The notes under the pieces were generated by a model. That model was not told the DNA's origin. It was given only the letters and a program-made list of their open reading frames with translations, and did not search any database. The position numbers and the translations under genes are program-made. Of a DNA stretch of 64,000 nucleotides, positions 43,326 through 51,567 are shown in pieces. This DNA comes from Coriobacteriaceae bacterium (GTDB taxonomy: Bacteria > Actinomycetota > Coriobacteriia > Coriobacteriales > UMGS124): the NCBI GenBank assembly GCA_019421015.1, contig JAHZGC010000002.1, positions 1,619 to 65,618 of the forward strand, in the 5' to 3' direction. Within the stretch, counting starts at the first letter, position 1, and each line of letters opens with the position of its first letter.

Positions 43326-44171
43326 ATGAAGACAACAACTGCGCATCGTGTGGCCGCTTTAACCGGTTCGGCGCTCATGCTGGCCGGGATGGGCGCGGGA
43401 GGGGGTTTTGCCTCTGCGGGCGAGGCCCCGGCCACCGTTTCCCAAGAGGGCGTGTTTCAGAAGGTTGCTGCCGATAAGGGCGCTGTGGCCAAGGCCCCAG
43501 CCGTCGCCAGAACGTTTGCCTACAGCCAGGGTGCGCCTGCTTCCATCGACACGATCGCCCGGGTCATGGGCACACCTCGATACGCCCGCAGCTCCACCTA
43601 TGCGGGTGCCCCGCAGAGCCTCAACGCCCTGGACTGGACCATCGAGGTGGGTGGCGCCGTAGAAAACGAGTTTGTCGCCACGGTGGGCGATCTGGTAGAG
43701 AACGGACCCATGAACATCGTCATGGGTTGCAGCTGTGCGAGCAACCCGGCCAACGGCGTGGCCTCCGCGGACACCGACGTGAGCGGTGTCATGTTTCGCT
43801 CCATCGTCGATGCGGCCAACCCTGACGCTGGGGTAAACACTGTGGTCTTCACCTCGGCGGACGGCTACGAGGTGGCGCTTCCCCTGCGCTATTTGGACCA
43901 GCGCTACTCCCTCATCGGGTTCGACGTTAACGGCCAGCCGCTGAGCGATTCCATGGGCGGCTCCAACCAGCTTTGGCTCTCGGGCACCTCGGCCAACAAC
44001 CACGCTTTGTGCGGTTGGTCGGCCCCACAATCTCCCCCTGGGTCGCGGGGCCGAGGACGCTTGCCCGCCATGGCAAGAAACCACGGAAATCAGGATGCCG
44101 GCCGGGTCTTACGGCAGGAAATCAAACTAATCAGGATGTTCGGGGGTTTACGGTGGCAGAAAATGGCATAA
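43326..44171 (+). CDS. Secreted molybdopterin-oxidoreductase-domain-like protein (Oxidored_molyb/YedY-like); 3' end uncertain
   Basis: Signal peptide MKTTTAHRVAALTGSALMLAGMGAGGGFASA. WTIEVGG...FVATVGDL...MGCSCASN...VVFTSADGYEVALPL...FDVNGQPL...GGSNQLWL pattern. The last ~45 codons run into repeat array G. Confidence 0.55.
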   Translation: MKTTTAHRVAALTGSALMLAGMGAGGGFASAGEAPATVSQEGVFQKVAADKGAVAKAPAVARTFAYSQGAPASIDTIARVMGTPRYARSSTYAGAPQSLNALDWTIEVGGAVENEFVATVGDLVENGPMNIVMGCSCASNPANGVASADTDVSGVMFRSIVDAANPDAGVNTVVFTSADGYEVALPLRYLDQRYSLIGFDVNGQPLSDSMGGSNQLWLSGTSANNHALCGWSAPQSPPGSRGRGRLPAMARNHGNQDAGRVLRQEIKLIRMFGGLRWQKMA

Positions 44172-44293
44172 AACCTCGTAAATCAGGAAATTTACCAGGC
44201 ATTTGGACTGGTCGGCTACCATCGGGTTCCTGATTTCTCATGTCTCTTGCCGTTCGGTACCTTGGGCATCCTGATTTCCCGGACTTTTTGCCA
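44071..44293. repeat. Phased motif array, family 2, locus G (3 direct + 2 inverted)
   Basis: Direct units start at 44071, 44112 and 44164. Inverted units start at 44228 and 44269. Steps are 41, 52, 64 and 41 bp. Confidence 0.85.
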
Positions 44294-44355
44294 TATGGTC
44301 TCCGCGACTCGGGTAGTATGGAGCCATCCCCCCCGTCCGTGAACTAAGCGACCGC

Positions 44356-44608
44356 TGGCACGAAACTGGAGTTATGCAAGGGGGCAGAGCGTCCACTGGT
44401 ACCGAATGCGAGTTTTGTAAGGGTGCCCGGAGCCATCTGGCACCAAATCGGAGATATGAAAGGGCTCGCGGACAAAAACCGGTATCGTGCGTGCTCCCGG
44501 ACTTACAAAACTCGCGTCTTGTGCTATCTCCGCGCCTCTTGGCTTACAGAACCCGCATTCGGTGTCACCTCCCTCCCCGGGGGCTTACACAACTCGCGTC
44601 CGGTGCCA
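44356..44608. repeat. Phased motif array, family 1, locus E (3 degenerate direct + 3 inverted)
   Basis: Direct units start at 44356, 44397 and 44438. Inverted units start at 44502, 44543 and 44584. 41/64-bp geometry. Confidence 0.85.
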
Positions 44609-44887
44609 TCCTGCGTTCCCACCGCCCCGTGTCCCCATCCCTTCCCCTCAGCGCAAGAATTAACCCCGCCTTACTCTCCATGAATGCTACACAACTCCGA
44701 TTCCATAGCACTTTTAGACGGGCCGCCCTCAGTGTCAACGCCTGGTTACACAACCCTCAAAGGCGTCTAATAAACGCAGGTCAAGGGGGCTTTTCTGACA
44801 CCTGATAACCGTGCTTAAATACGGCTTGGGGGGTTACCGAACCACAAAGCAATACGTCAGCAAGACCTTTGGAGAGAGGGGATAGTT

Positions 44888-46399
44888 ATGTCTGACATCA
44901 CCACGACCCGTCGCGCGTTTGTGGGTGGCATGGCCGCTATGGGTGGCATGGCCGCGATGGCCGCCGCCGCTGCCAAGGCCGGTATCGCTGTGGCCGACGA
45001 GGCCGCCGCTGCCGATCCCGCTACCACCTACGAGCTCGAGGACCCGAGCGAGTACTGGGGCGAGGGCGTCGTTGCCCCCCACACCACCCGCGAGTCTGCC
45101 TACGAGAACGTCCTGCCCGAGCTGGCCGACGCCTCCATGTCCGAGCTCGTCGACATGGTCCAGGATACCCTGCCCCTCGACGAGATCGAGGACGCCGTCC
45201 TGCCCGACGGCACCACCGTGCCCGCCGTGTACGTCAAGCTGCGCAACCACATCAACCGCATCGGCTCCGGCATCGGCGGCACCCCGCTGCCCAACTCCTA
45301 CGAGATGATCATGTCTCTGTGGAGCGAGGAAGACGCCCAGCACGAGATCGAGATGCCCTACAACAAGTACTTCGACGCCAACGACTACCACTGGCTGAGC
45401 GGCCGTCCCGTCGAGGAGTGCACCGAGATCTGCGACGATCTGGCCTCCCGCGGCATGATCATGCGCGCCAATCACTCCGGCCACATCGTGTACCACCTGC
45501 TGCCCTACATCAACGGCTTCTGGGAGTTCAACGAGCTGCGCGCCTACTTCGAGAACGGCGGCGACCCCGACGGCGTGGCCGAGGCTCCCGAGGCCTACGC
45601 CGCCGCTGGCGCCTTTGACGCCCTGGGCATCGGCGGCGCCGAGCCCGGCTCGTCCTTCGAGGCCCTCGTGCCGCTGTTCCACACCTACCCCGTGAGCGCC
45701 GACGTCGTGGAGGAGGACGAGCTCGCCCCCTACATGGACTGGAAGGCCATCATCGAGGCCAACGAGAAGATCACCGTCTCCCCCTGCCAGTGCCGCCTCA
45801 TGTGGAAGTCCTTCGGCGCCCCCATGTGCCACGGCGACGGCGACCACCCCTTCGAGACCTGCCTGTCCTTCGGTGAGCTCGCCGAGTACTTCGACGAGAT
45901 CGGCATCGGCCGCTACATCAGCCAGGACGAGGCCATCGCCATGGTCGAGAAGTGCATGGACGCCGGCATGGTGCCCGAGTCCCTCAGCATGAAGGAAGTC
46001 GACATCATGTGCATGTGCCACGGCGACTGCTGCGGCAACCTGAGCGGCTACAAGGCCATGGGCGGCCAGGCCCACGCCAACGTGAACGTGAACGCCTACC
46101 TGCTCAAGTACGATCCCGAGAAGTGCATCAGCTGCGGTGCCTGCGCCGAGCGCTGCCCCATGGAGGCCATCAGCCTCAACGAGGACGGCATCTGCCTGCA
46201 CAACAACGCCTGCGTGCGTTGCGGCCAGTGCGTCACCGTGTGCCCGGCCGACGCCCGCATCCTCAGCTACCGCGGCGACTACCCCGAGCTCGGCCGCGAC
46301 TACGTCGAGGCCGTCGAGATGCTGTCCGCCGAGCGTATGCGCCGCGGCATGATCACCGACTTCGCCGGCGGCGAGGTCCAGGCCCCGGCCGAGGCGTAA
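44888..46399 (+). CDS. Tat-exported 4Fe-4S dicluster protein (paralog 3)
   Basis: Tat signal TRRAFVGGMAAMGG. SPCQCR and CMCHGDCC clusters. CISCGACAERCP and CVRCGQCVTVCP motifs. GGAGAGAGGGG SD. Confidence 0.8.
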   Translation: MSDITTTRRAFVGGMAAMGGMAAMAAAAAKAGIAVADEAAAADPATTYELEDPSEYWGEGVVAPHTTRESAYENVLPELADASMSELVDMVQDTLPLDEIEDAVLPDGTTVPAVYVKLRNHINRIGSGIGGTPLPNSYEMIMSLWSEEDAQHEIEMPYNKYFDANDYHWLSGRPVEECTEICDDLASRGMIMRANHSGHIVYHLLPYINGFWEFNELRAYFENGGDPDGVAEAPEAYAAAGAFDALGIGGAEPGSSFEALVPLFHTYPVSADVVEEDELAPYMDWKAIIEANEKITVSPCQCRLMWKSFGAPMCHGDGDHPFETCLSFGELAEYFDEIGIGRYISQDEAIAMVEKCMDAGMVPESLSMKEVDIMCMCHGDCCGNLSGYKAMGGQAHANVNVNAYLLKYDPEKCISCGACAERCPMEAISLNEDGICLHNNACVRCGQCVTVCPADARILSYRGDYPELGRDYVEAVEMLSAERMRRGMITDFAGGEVQAPAEA

Positions 46400-46467
46400 G
46401 AAAGGCAGCCCGTCGGGTGTCCTGTTGAGCGCCCGCCGTGCCTTGCAAGCTATAGCTCGGTTCTAAC

Positions 46468-46507
46468 CAGCGGAGAAGTTCTCGGAGTTCCGGGGGCTTC
46501 TCCGCTG
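46468..46507. terminator. Bidirectional hairpin between convergent genes (same stem as 41455-41496)
   Basis: CAGCGGAGAAG at 46468-46478 pairs with CTTCTCCGCTG at 46497-46507. Confidence 0.5.
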
Positions 46508-46522
46508 CGTTTGGGCGGCTGC

Positions 46523-47485
46523 CTACCCAAAGAAGCCCCCCGGCACAGCCAGGCCGTCGGGGTGCGCCCGCACGGCGTCCCAGGTGAACGTCTCGGCCAG
46601 CTCGGCGGCGGTCACGGGCCCGTCGGTCTCGCGCAGACCGCCCAGCTTGGCAAGACGGCCCAGCAGCACCTCGGGTCGCCCAAAGAAATCCCGCATAAAG
46701 CCCAGGTCGCAGTCGTGGTCGCGCTTCGAGAGCCTGCGTTCGCGGCCGGTCGAGAGCAGCAGCGGGACGTGGGCGTAGGAGGGCTGCGCAAAGCCGAGCA
46801 GCCGCTGCAGGTAGGCTTGGCGCGCCACCGACGTCAGCAGGTCGTTGCCGCGCACCACGCGGTTCACCCCCATGAGCGCGTCGTCCACGACCACGGCCAG
46901 CTGATAGGCGTGGACCCCGTCGCTGCGCCGCACGATGAAGTCGCCGCACTCGTGAGCCAGGCACTCCTGCCGGGGGCCGCACACGTCGTCGACAAAGGCC
47001 ACCGTGCCGGACGCGTCGTCCTCCGGGGGTACCGCCAGGCGAACGGCCGGGTTTCTCCGTTGCGCCTTTAAGGCCCGTTCCTCGGGGGAGAGGTCCCTGC
47101 AGGTGCCGGCGTACAGGGGCGTGCCGTCGCTGGCGTGGGGGGCCTCGGCGGCGTGCAGGTCGGCCCGCGAGCAAAAGCACGGGTAGGTGAGCCCGAGCTC
47201 CTCGAGCCGTTCCAGGTAACTCGCGTATATGGCGGAACGCTCGCTCTGGTAGACAGGCTCGCCGTCCCAGTCGAGGCCGAGCCAGCGCAGGTCGTCCATG
47301 AGCAGCTCGTCGGCTCCGCGAGGCAGCCGCGGGCGGTCAAGGTCCTCGATGCGCAAGACCAGCTCGCCGCCGCGGGAGCGCACGTCGAGCCATGCGAGCA
47401 GTGCGCACCACACGTTGCCCAGGTGCATACGGCCCGAGGGGGTGGGGGCAAAGCGCCCGCGGAGAGGTGGGTTCGCGCCGGTCAT
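46523..47485 (-). CDS. gluQ: tRNA glutamyl-Q(34) synthetase (GluQRS)
   Basis: RGRFAPTPSGRMHLGNVWCALLAWLDVRSRGGELVLRIEDLD. A truncated GluRS catalytic domain of ~320 aa with no anticodon-binding domain. Confidence 0.85.
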   Translation of the reverse strand: MTGANPPLRGRFAPTPSGRMHLGNVWCALLAWLDVRSRGGELVLRIEDLDRPRLPRGADELLMDDLRWLGLDWDGEPVYQSERSAIYASYLERLEELGLTYPCFCSRADLHAAEAPHASDGTPLYAGTCRDLSPEERALKAQRRNPAVRLAVPPEDDASGTVAFVDDVCGPRQECLAHECGDFIVRRSDGVHAYQLAVVVDDALMGVNRVVRGNDLLTSVARQAYLQRLLGFAQPSYAHVPLLLSTGRERRLSKRDHDCDLGFMRDFFGRPEVLLGRLAKLGGLRETDGPVTAAELAETFTWDAVRAHPDGLAVPGGFFG

Positions 47486-47506
47486 GGGAGGGGCCTTTCG
47501 GGCCGG

Positions 47507-47941
47507 TTATTGCTGCTGGGCACGGTAGCGGGCCATGGCGGCGTGCTCCGCGCTTACCTCGCGCACCAGGTCCCCAAAGGCCCAGCGGCGGTTGTGCTCG
47601 GTGAGCGCGGCCTTGCACCCGATGGCCACCCCGGCCGGGCGCATGGCGCGGATAACGGCCATGACCTGGTCTTCCTCCATGTTGCACAGCAGCAGGAACT
47701 CTTCGGTGGGCAGTGGGTCCGATGCAGGGGCGGGGGTGCCTGCGGGTGCGTCGGCGGGGCAGGGAGAGAAGCCCGGCAGCCCGGCGAGATGTCCCACCGA
47801 CTGATTGAGCTCTTCGGGTCCGACCGGCCTCACCGCCACGCCGGCCCCGTCGAGCAGCGCGCGCAAGGCGGCTCCCTTGGGCGAGGTGAGATCGATGTTG
47901 AACGTGAGGGCGAGCGGCGAGGGGTTCGTGTCGGGGGTCAT
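47507..47941 (-). CDS. DUF3783-like protein
   Basis: Start set at ATG 47941 after AAGGAG. ...EEFLLLCNMEEDQVMAVIRAMRPAGVAIGCKAALTEHNRRWAFGDLVREV resembles the DUF3783 C-terminal pattern (KA..T..N..W....L..E). Confidence 0.65.
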   Translation of the reverse strand: MTPDTNPSPLALTFNIDLTSPKGAALRALLDGAGVAVRPVGPEELNQSVGHLAGLPGFSPCPADAPAGTPAPASDPLPTEEFLLLCNMEEDQVMAVIRAMRPAGVAIGCKAALTEHNRRWAFGDLVREVSAEHAAMARYRAQQQ

Positions 47942-48202
47942 GGGACTCCTTTGGGGTGGCTCGGGACGGGCTGGGAACGGGCTTGAGGTGAGCGGCTCCG
48001 CCCTGGGGGGCGGACACGGCCTGCAACCGTGCAAGTATAATTGTTGCGATATAAAAAACCATGCGCACAGGTGATTCGCGCGCGCATTACGGCGGGTAAA
48101 AAACGTGCGTGACGCATAGCCTGGCCACCGACACCGCACCGCCCGGCCAGCCGACGCGCAACAGCCCGGCGGCGCGGTTTGAACAAGGATTGAGAGGTCA
48201 TC

Positions 48203-48628
48203 ATGAAGAAACAGACTCAGCGCCCCTCCGCCTCCTTTGCCGACGCCGTTGCACAATGTCACAAGGCCATTGAGCCCGGCATGGTCGCCGGGGCGTTTGG
48301 CGTGCCCGGCTGGGTCGACTGTGCGAGCGGTTGCCTCAGCCGCGTGCAGGGTTGCGCGCAGGTCACGGTGGGCGACATCATGGTGGCCGCAAGCGACCTG
48401 GCCGCCCGATTCAACGGCGAGATAGTGGACTTCTCCCTGCGCTCCGAGGGCGGCGCGCGGGTGTACGCTTTTGAGATCGCTTTCGAGCGCGACGGCGAGG
48501 CGTGCTTGGGGACCGTGGGGTTCTCACCTATCGCCGACGGGACGGTGAGCGTGTTCGCGGCTGCCTGCGGCGCCGACTCCGCCCTGGGCTTTGGGCCCGT
48601 CTACACGCATACGGAGGTCGCGGCGTAG
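48203..48628 (+). CDS. Hypothetical protein (141 aa)
   Basis: ORF with a GAGAGG SD. No recognisable domain. Confidence 0.5.
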   Translation: MKKQTQRPSASFADAVAQCHKAIEPGMVAGAFGVPGWVDCASGCLSRVQGCAQVTVGDIMVAASDLAARFNGEIVDFSLRSEGGARVYAFEIAFERDGEACLGTVGFSPIADGTVSVFAAACGADSALGFGPVYTHTEVAA

Positions 48629-48661
48629 GCGGCGGCATGGCGCGGCAAGCGTGCAGTTTGA

Positions 48662-48700
48662 GGGCCCCGGACCGCGTGCATCGGTCCGGGGCCCTTGTGT
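48662..48700 (+). terminator. Intrinsic terminator
   Basis: A perfect 12-bp stem, GGGCCCCGGACC (48662-48673) with GGTCCGGGGCCC (48683-48694), then TTGTGT. Confidence 0.6.
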
Positions 48701-48807
48701 CGGGTCTGGCTGGAATGGGCCGCTGGTTTCTCCGCCGCGTAGCCCCCATAAGCGCTACACTGTTCCCCATGCGCAATCGACGCACACCAACAAGCTAGGA
48801 GGCACCC

Positions 48808-50046
48808 ATGGCTATGAAGCCGTTCCAGTACGAGCTCATCATGCGCGAGCTCGCCACCATCAAGGAGCGCAGCCCGTTCTACGCCAAGAAGTTCGCCGAC
48901 ATCGACATGGCGACCATCAAGACTCCCGAGGATTTCACCAAACTGCCCTTCTCCGAGAAGGCCGACCTGCGCGAGGCGTACCCGCTCGGTATCCAGGCGG
49001 TGCCCGACGAGCAGGTGGTGCGCATCCACTCGTCGAGCGGCACCACGGGCACGCCGGTCATCATCCCCTACACCCAGAAGGACGTGGACGACTGGGCCGA
49101 TATGTTCGCCCGCTGCTACCGCGTGATCGGCTGCACGCCCACCGACCGCATCCAGATCACCCCGGGCTACGGCCTGTGGACCGCCGGCATCGGCTTTCAG
49201 CTGGGCGCCGAGCGCATGGGCGCCATGGCCATCCCCATGGGTCCCGGCAACACCGAGAAGCAGCTGCGCATGATGATGGACCTGCAGTCCACCGTGCTCT
49301 GCGCCACCTCGAGCTACGCGCTGCTGCTGGCCGAGCGCATCGCCCAGGAGGGCATCCGCGACCAGCTGGCCCTCAAGAAGGGCCTCATCGGCAGCGAGCG
49401 CTGGGGCAAGAAGATGCGCGAGCGCATCGCCAACGAGCTGGGCGTCAAGCTCTACGACATCTACGGCCTGACCGAGATCTACGGCCCCGGCGTGGGCGTG
49501 AGCTGCGAGTACGACTGCGGCATCCACGTGTGGGACGACTACGTGTACCTCGAGGTCGTCGACCCCAAGACCGGCGAGCTGCTGCCCGACGGCGAGGTGG
49601 GCGAGCTCGTGATCACCACGCTCGTGAAGGAGGGCGCGCCGCTCATCCGCTACCGCACCCACGACCTCACGAGCATCATCCCCGGCGAGTGCCCCTGCGG
49701 TATGGGCCACACGCGCATCAGCCAGCTGGTGGGCCGCACCGACGACATGTTCAAGGTCAAGGGCGTCAACATGTTCCCCGCCCAGGTCGAGGAGGTCTGC
49801 GCGGCCGTCGACGGCGTGAGCAGCGAGTACCAGGTCATGATCGATCACCTCAACGGCAAGGACATCATGACGGTCTACTTCGAGTGCACCACCGACGACG
49901 CCATGGAGCGCCGCGCCATCGAGGCCACTGTGCTCGAGACCTTCAAGAACCGCATCGGCGTGACCGTGGTCCCCAAGGCCGTGGGCGTGGGCGACCTACC
50001 CCGCTCCGAGAAGAAGTCCACGCGCATCCTGGACAACCGCTACTAG
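48808..50046 (+). CDS. Phenylacetate-CoA ligase family (PaaK/F390-synthetase-like adenylating enzyme)
   Basis: AGGAGG SD. ...LPFSEKADLREAYPLGIQAV...RIHSSSGTTGTPVIIPYTQKDVDDWA... Confidence 0.8.
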   Translation: MAMKPFQYELIMRELATIKERSPFYAKKFADIDMATIKTPEDFTKLPFSEKADLREAYPLGIQAVPDEQVVRIHSSSGTTGTPVIIPYTQKDVDDWADMFARCYRVIGCTPTDRIQITPGYGLWTAGIGFQLGAERMGAMAIPMGPGNTEKQLRMMMDLQSTVLCATSSYALLLAERIAQEGIRDQLALKKGLIGSERWGKKMRERIANELGVKLYDIYGLTEIYGPGVGVSCEYDCGIHVWDDYVYLEVVDPKTGELLPDGEVGELVITTLVKEGAPLIRYRTHDLTSIIPGECPCGMGHTRISQLVGRTDDMFKVKGVNMFPAQVEEVCAAVDGVSSEYQVMIDHLNGKDIMTVYFECTTDDAMERRAIEATVLETFKNRIGVTVVPKAVGVGDLPRSEKKSTRILDNRY

Positions 50047-50109
50047 CGGCGAAGGGCGACGCGGGGTGCTGCGGCGCGAAGCGCGGCGGCCGGCGTCTCA
50101 CAAGGCGTA

Positions 50110-50153
50110 AACCAACCAGGGCACCTGGGGGAGAAACCCTCAGGTGCCCTGTG
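50110..50153 (+). terminator. Terminator hairpin after the ligase gene (left copy of a duplicated hairpin)
   Basis: CAGGGCACCTG (50117-50127) pairs with CAGGTGCCCTG (50141-50151). It is preceded by AACCAAC, whose complement GTTGGTT follows only the second copy, at 50647-50653. Confidence 0.6.
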
Positions 50154-50273
50154 TGTTTGGGGCGGCTGAGCTAGGCCGGCGTTGAGCCATGCCCCCGTGG
50201 TAAGATTCCCCTGTGCCAGCGGGCTGCGCTACCCAATGCCGAAAGGCGGGCGGCGCAGAAAGGCACGGTAACG

Positions 50274-50435
50274 ATGGAGAAGCTCTACTTCTACGCAACC
50301 TTGGCCGCCGCCCTGGCGACCGTCCTAGACGTCCTCGGCAAGCCCCTCGCTCACGCTGCGGTGCGAGGTGTCAAGAGGTTGACGGGCGGTAGGAGGGGAG
50401 GCGGTGACAAAACGCCCGAAGCACGACCCCGCTAG
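50274..50435 (+). CDS. Small hydrophobic peptide (53 aa), candidate type I toxin-like ORF
   Basis: MEKLYFYATLAAALATVLDVLGKPLAHAAVRGVKRLTGGRRGGGDKTPEARPR has one predicted TM helix and a basic tail. GAAAGG lies 10 nt upstream. Too short for codon statistics. Confidence 0.3.
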   Translation: MEKLYFYATLAAALATVLDVLGKPLAHAAVRGVKRLTGGRRGGGDKTPEARPR

Positions 50436-50466
50436 GCGAGTTCCGCGGTAGGGGGTAACCCGCCCC

Positions 50467-50556
50467 CAAAAAAAGAAGAGGCCGGGTACCCCTACCCGGC
50501 CTAAGTCTCAAACCGCGCTGCCCGCCCACACGACTAGGCATGGCTCGCTGGCACAC
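50467..50556 (-). ncRNA. Candidate ~85-90-nt sRNA convergent with the small ORF
   Basis: On the minus strand, TTCTCA (50589-50584), a 17-nt spacer and TATAAT (50566-50561) form a promoter. A perfect 10-bp hairpin AGGCCGGGTA/TACCCGGCCT (50502-50479) is followed by CUUCUUUUUUU. Confidence 0.35.
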
Positions 50557-50611
50557 ATCCATTATACCCGCCGTCAACGACTTTGAGAAGAGTCGTAGCA
50601 TCCCAATCAAT

Positions 50612-50653
50612 CAGGGCACCTGGGGGAGACACCCTCGGGTGCCCTGGTTGGTT
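50612..50653. repeat. Right copy of duplicated terminator hairpin
   Basis: CAGGGCACCTGGGGGAGACACCCTCGGGTGCCCTG (50612-50646) is 33/35 identical to 50117-50151 and is followed by GTTGGTT. Confidence 0.8.
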
Positions 50654-50761
50654 GAGGATGTCTTCGCGATTGGCTGACCGAACGGCTTGCTTTTAAACGT
50701 GTTATTATACGGGTATTTATTTGTGCATATAACCGCGCATTTGTCATCCATAGGAGTACCC

Positions 50762-51127
50762 ATGGTTCCCAACGCCATCCTCGACAGGGTCAACGAGGTG
50801 CGAAACGCCGTAACCGGCTGTCGCAGAATCAGCGTGACCGACCTCACCCGCGGAAAAGATTGGCGCTCGATGCTGCCAGAGGCCGGCATCATGGAGGTTA
50901 CCGACCGGGGGGACACGGCCGGCTGGCTGGTGTCCGACTCCGACATGCGGGCTATGGTCGAGGAATATAACCGCCTTGAGGAGGAGCTCGAACGCGCGCA
51001 AATCGCCGCGATGTTCGCAGAACGGGAAGCGTCGCATCCTTTGACGGGCAACGACCTGGCCGCTGGCGTGCGTTCCGTGTTCGAGGCCCGCAAACAGGAG
51101 CTCATGGGGATTGTTGCTGATGATTAG
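50762..51127 (+). CDS. Phd/YefM-like antitoxin
   Basis: ATG 50762 after AGGAG. ...RISVTDLTRGKDWRSMLPEAGIMEVTDRGDTAGWLVSDSDMRAMVEEY fits the Phd/YefM N-terminal fold pattern. Overlaps the next gene by 8 nt. Confidence 0.55.
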   Translation: MVPNAILDRVNEVRNAVTGCRRISVTDLTRGKDWRSMLPEAGIMEVTDRGDTAGWLVSDSDMRAMVEEYNRLEEELERAQIAAMFAEREASHPLTGNDLAAGVRSVFEARKQELMGIVADD

Positions 51128-51518
51128 CGAGGCGGTGCTGCTCGAAGCCGCCGAGGCCGTCTCCGCCGTCAAAGGGCTGGCCATGGATCCGAACGACCTT
51201 GTCGAGGACGTCTTTCTTCTTGCCTACGCCTTTCCCGAAGAACGGGACTTCAAGGCCGCCGTAGCGAGCACGTGTCGTGCCCTGGGGCGTCTGGTCGCCG
51301 AAGCCGTGACACCCTCCGATTTGAAGTATGACCTGTCCGGTTGGAGCTCGTATCACTACCAGCCCTGGGTCGGGCAGGGCGTCAGGGCGATGTGCCGGAT
51401 TATGTTCAGACGCATCGAAGGCGGCATCGAGGTCAAGGGGTTCGGGCACCGGCGCATCCCCGAAGACTTTTACCGCCGCATGGGCGCGGGAAGGATGCCG
51501 GCCGATCCCAGCGCATAG
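51120..51518 (+). CDS. RelE/ParE-superfamily-like toxin (long form)
   Basis: C-terminal ...CRIMFRRIEGGIEVKGFGHRRIPEDFYRRM resembles the RelE/ParE signature (R-I-x-[YF]...I-x-V-x-x-[IF]-G-H-R...Y). ATGATTAG start/stop overlap with the antitoxin. Confidence 0.5.
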   Translation: MISEAVLLEAAEAVSAVKGLAMDPNDLVEDVFLLAYAFPEERDFKAAVASTCRALGRLVAEAVTPSDLKYDLSGWSSYHYQPWVGQGVRAMCRIMFRRIEGGIEVKGFGHRRIPEDFYRRMGAGRMPADPSA

Positions 51519-51567
51519 CCGGGTCTACGGTCGTTCTCCCCGCGCCCTAACACGTGCGGCGCCTGCC

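Noticed and set aside
50371-50610. 79-aa minus-strand ORF across the insertion.
   Set aside because: It reads straight through a strong intrinsic terminator hairpin, has an Arg/Gly/Pro-rich composition and has no SD. The region is better explained as a short non-coding transcript.
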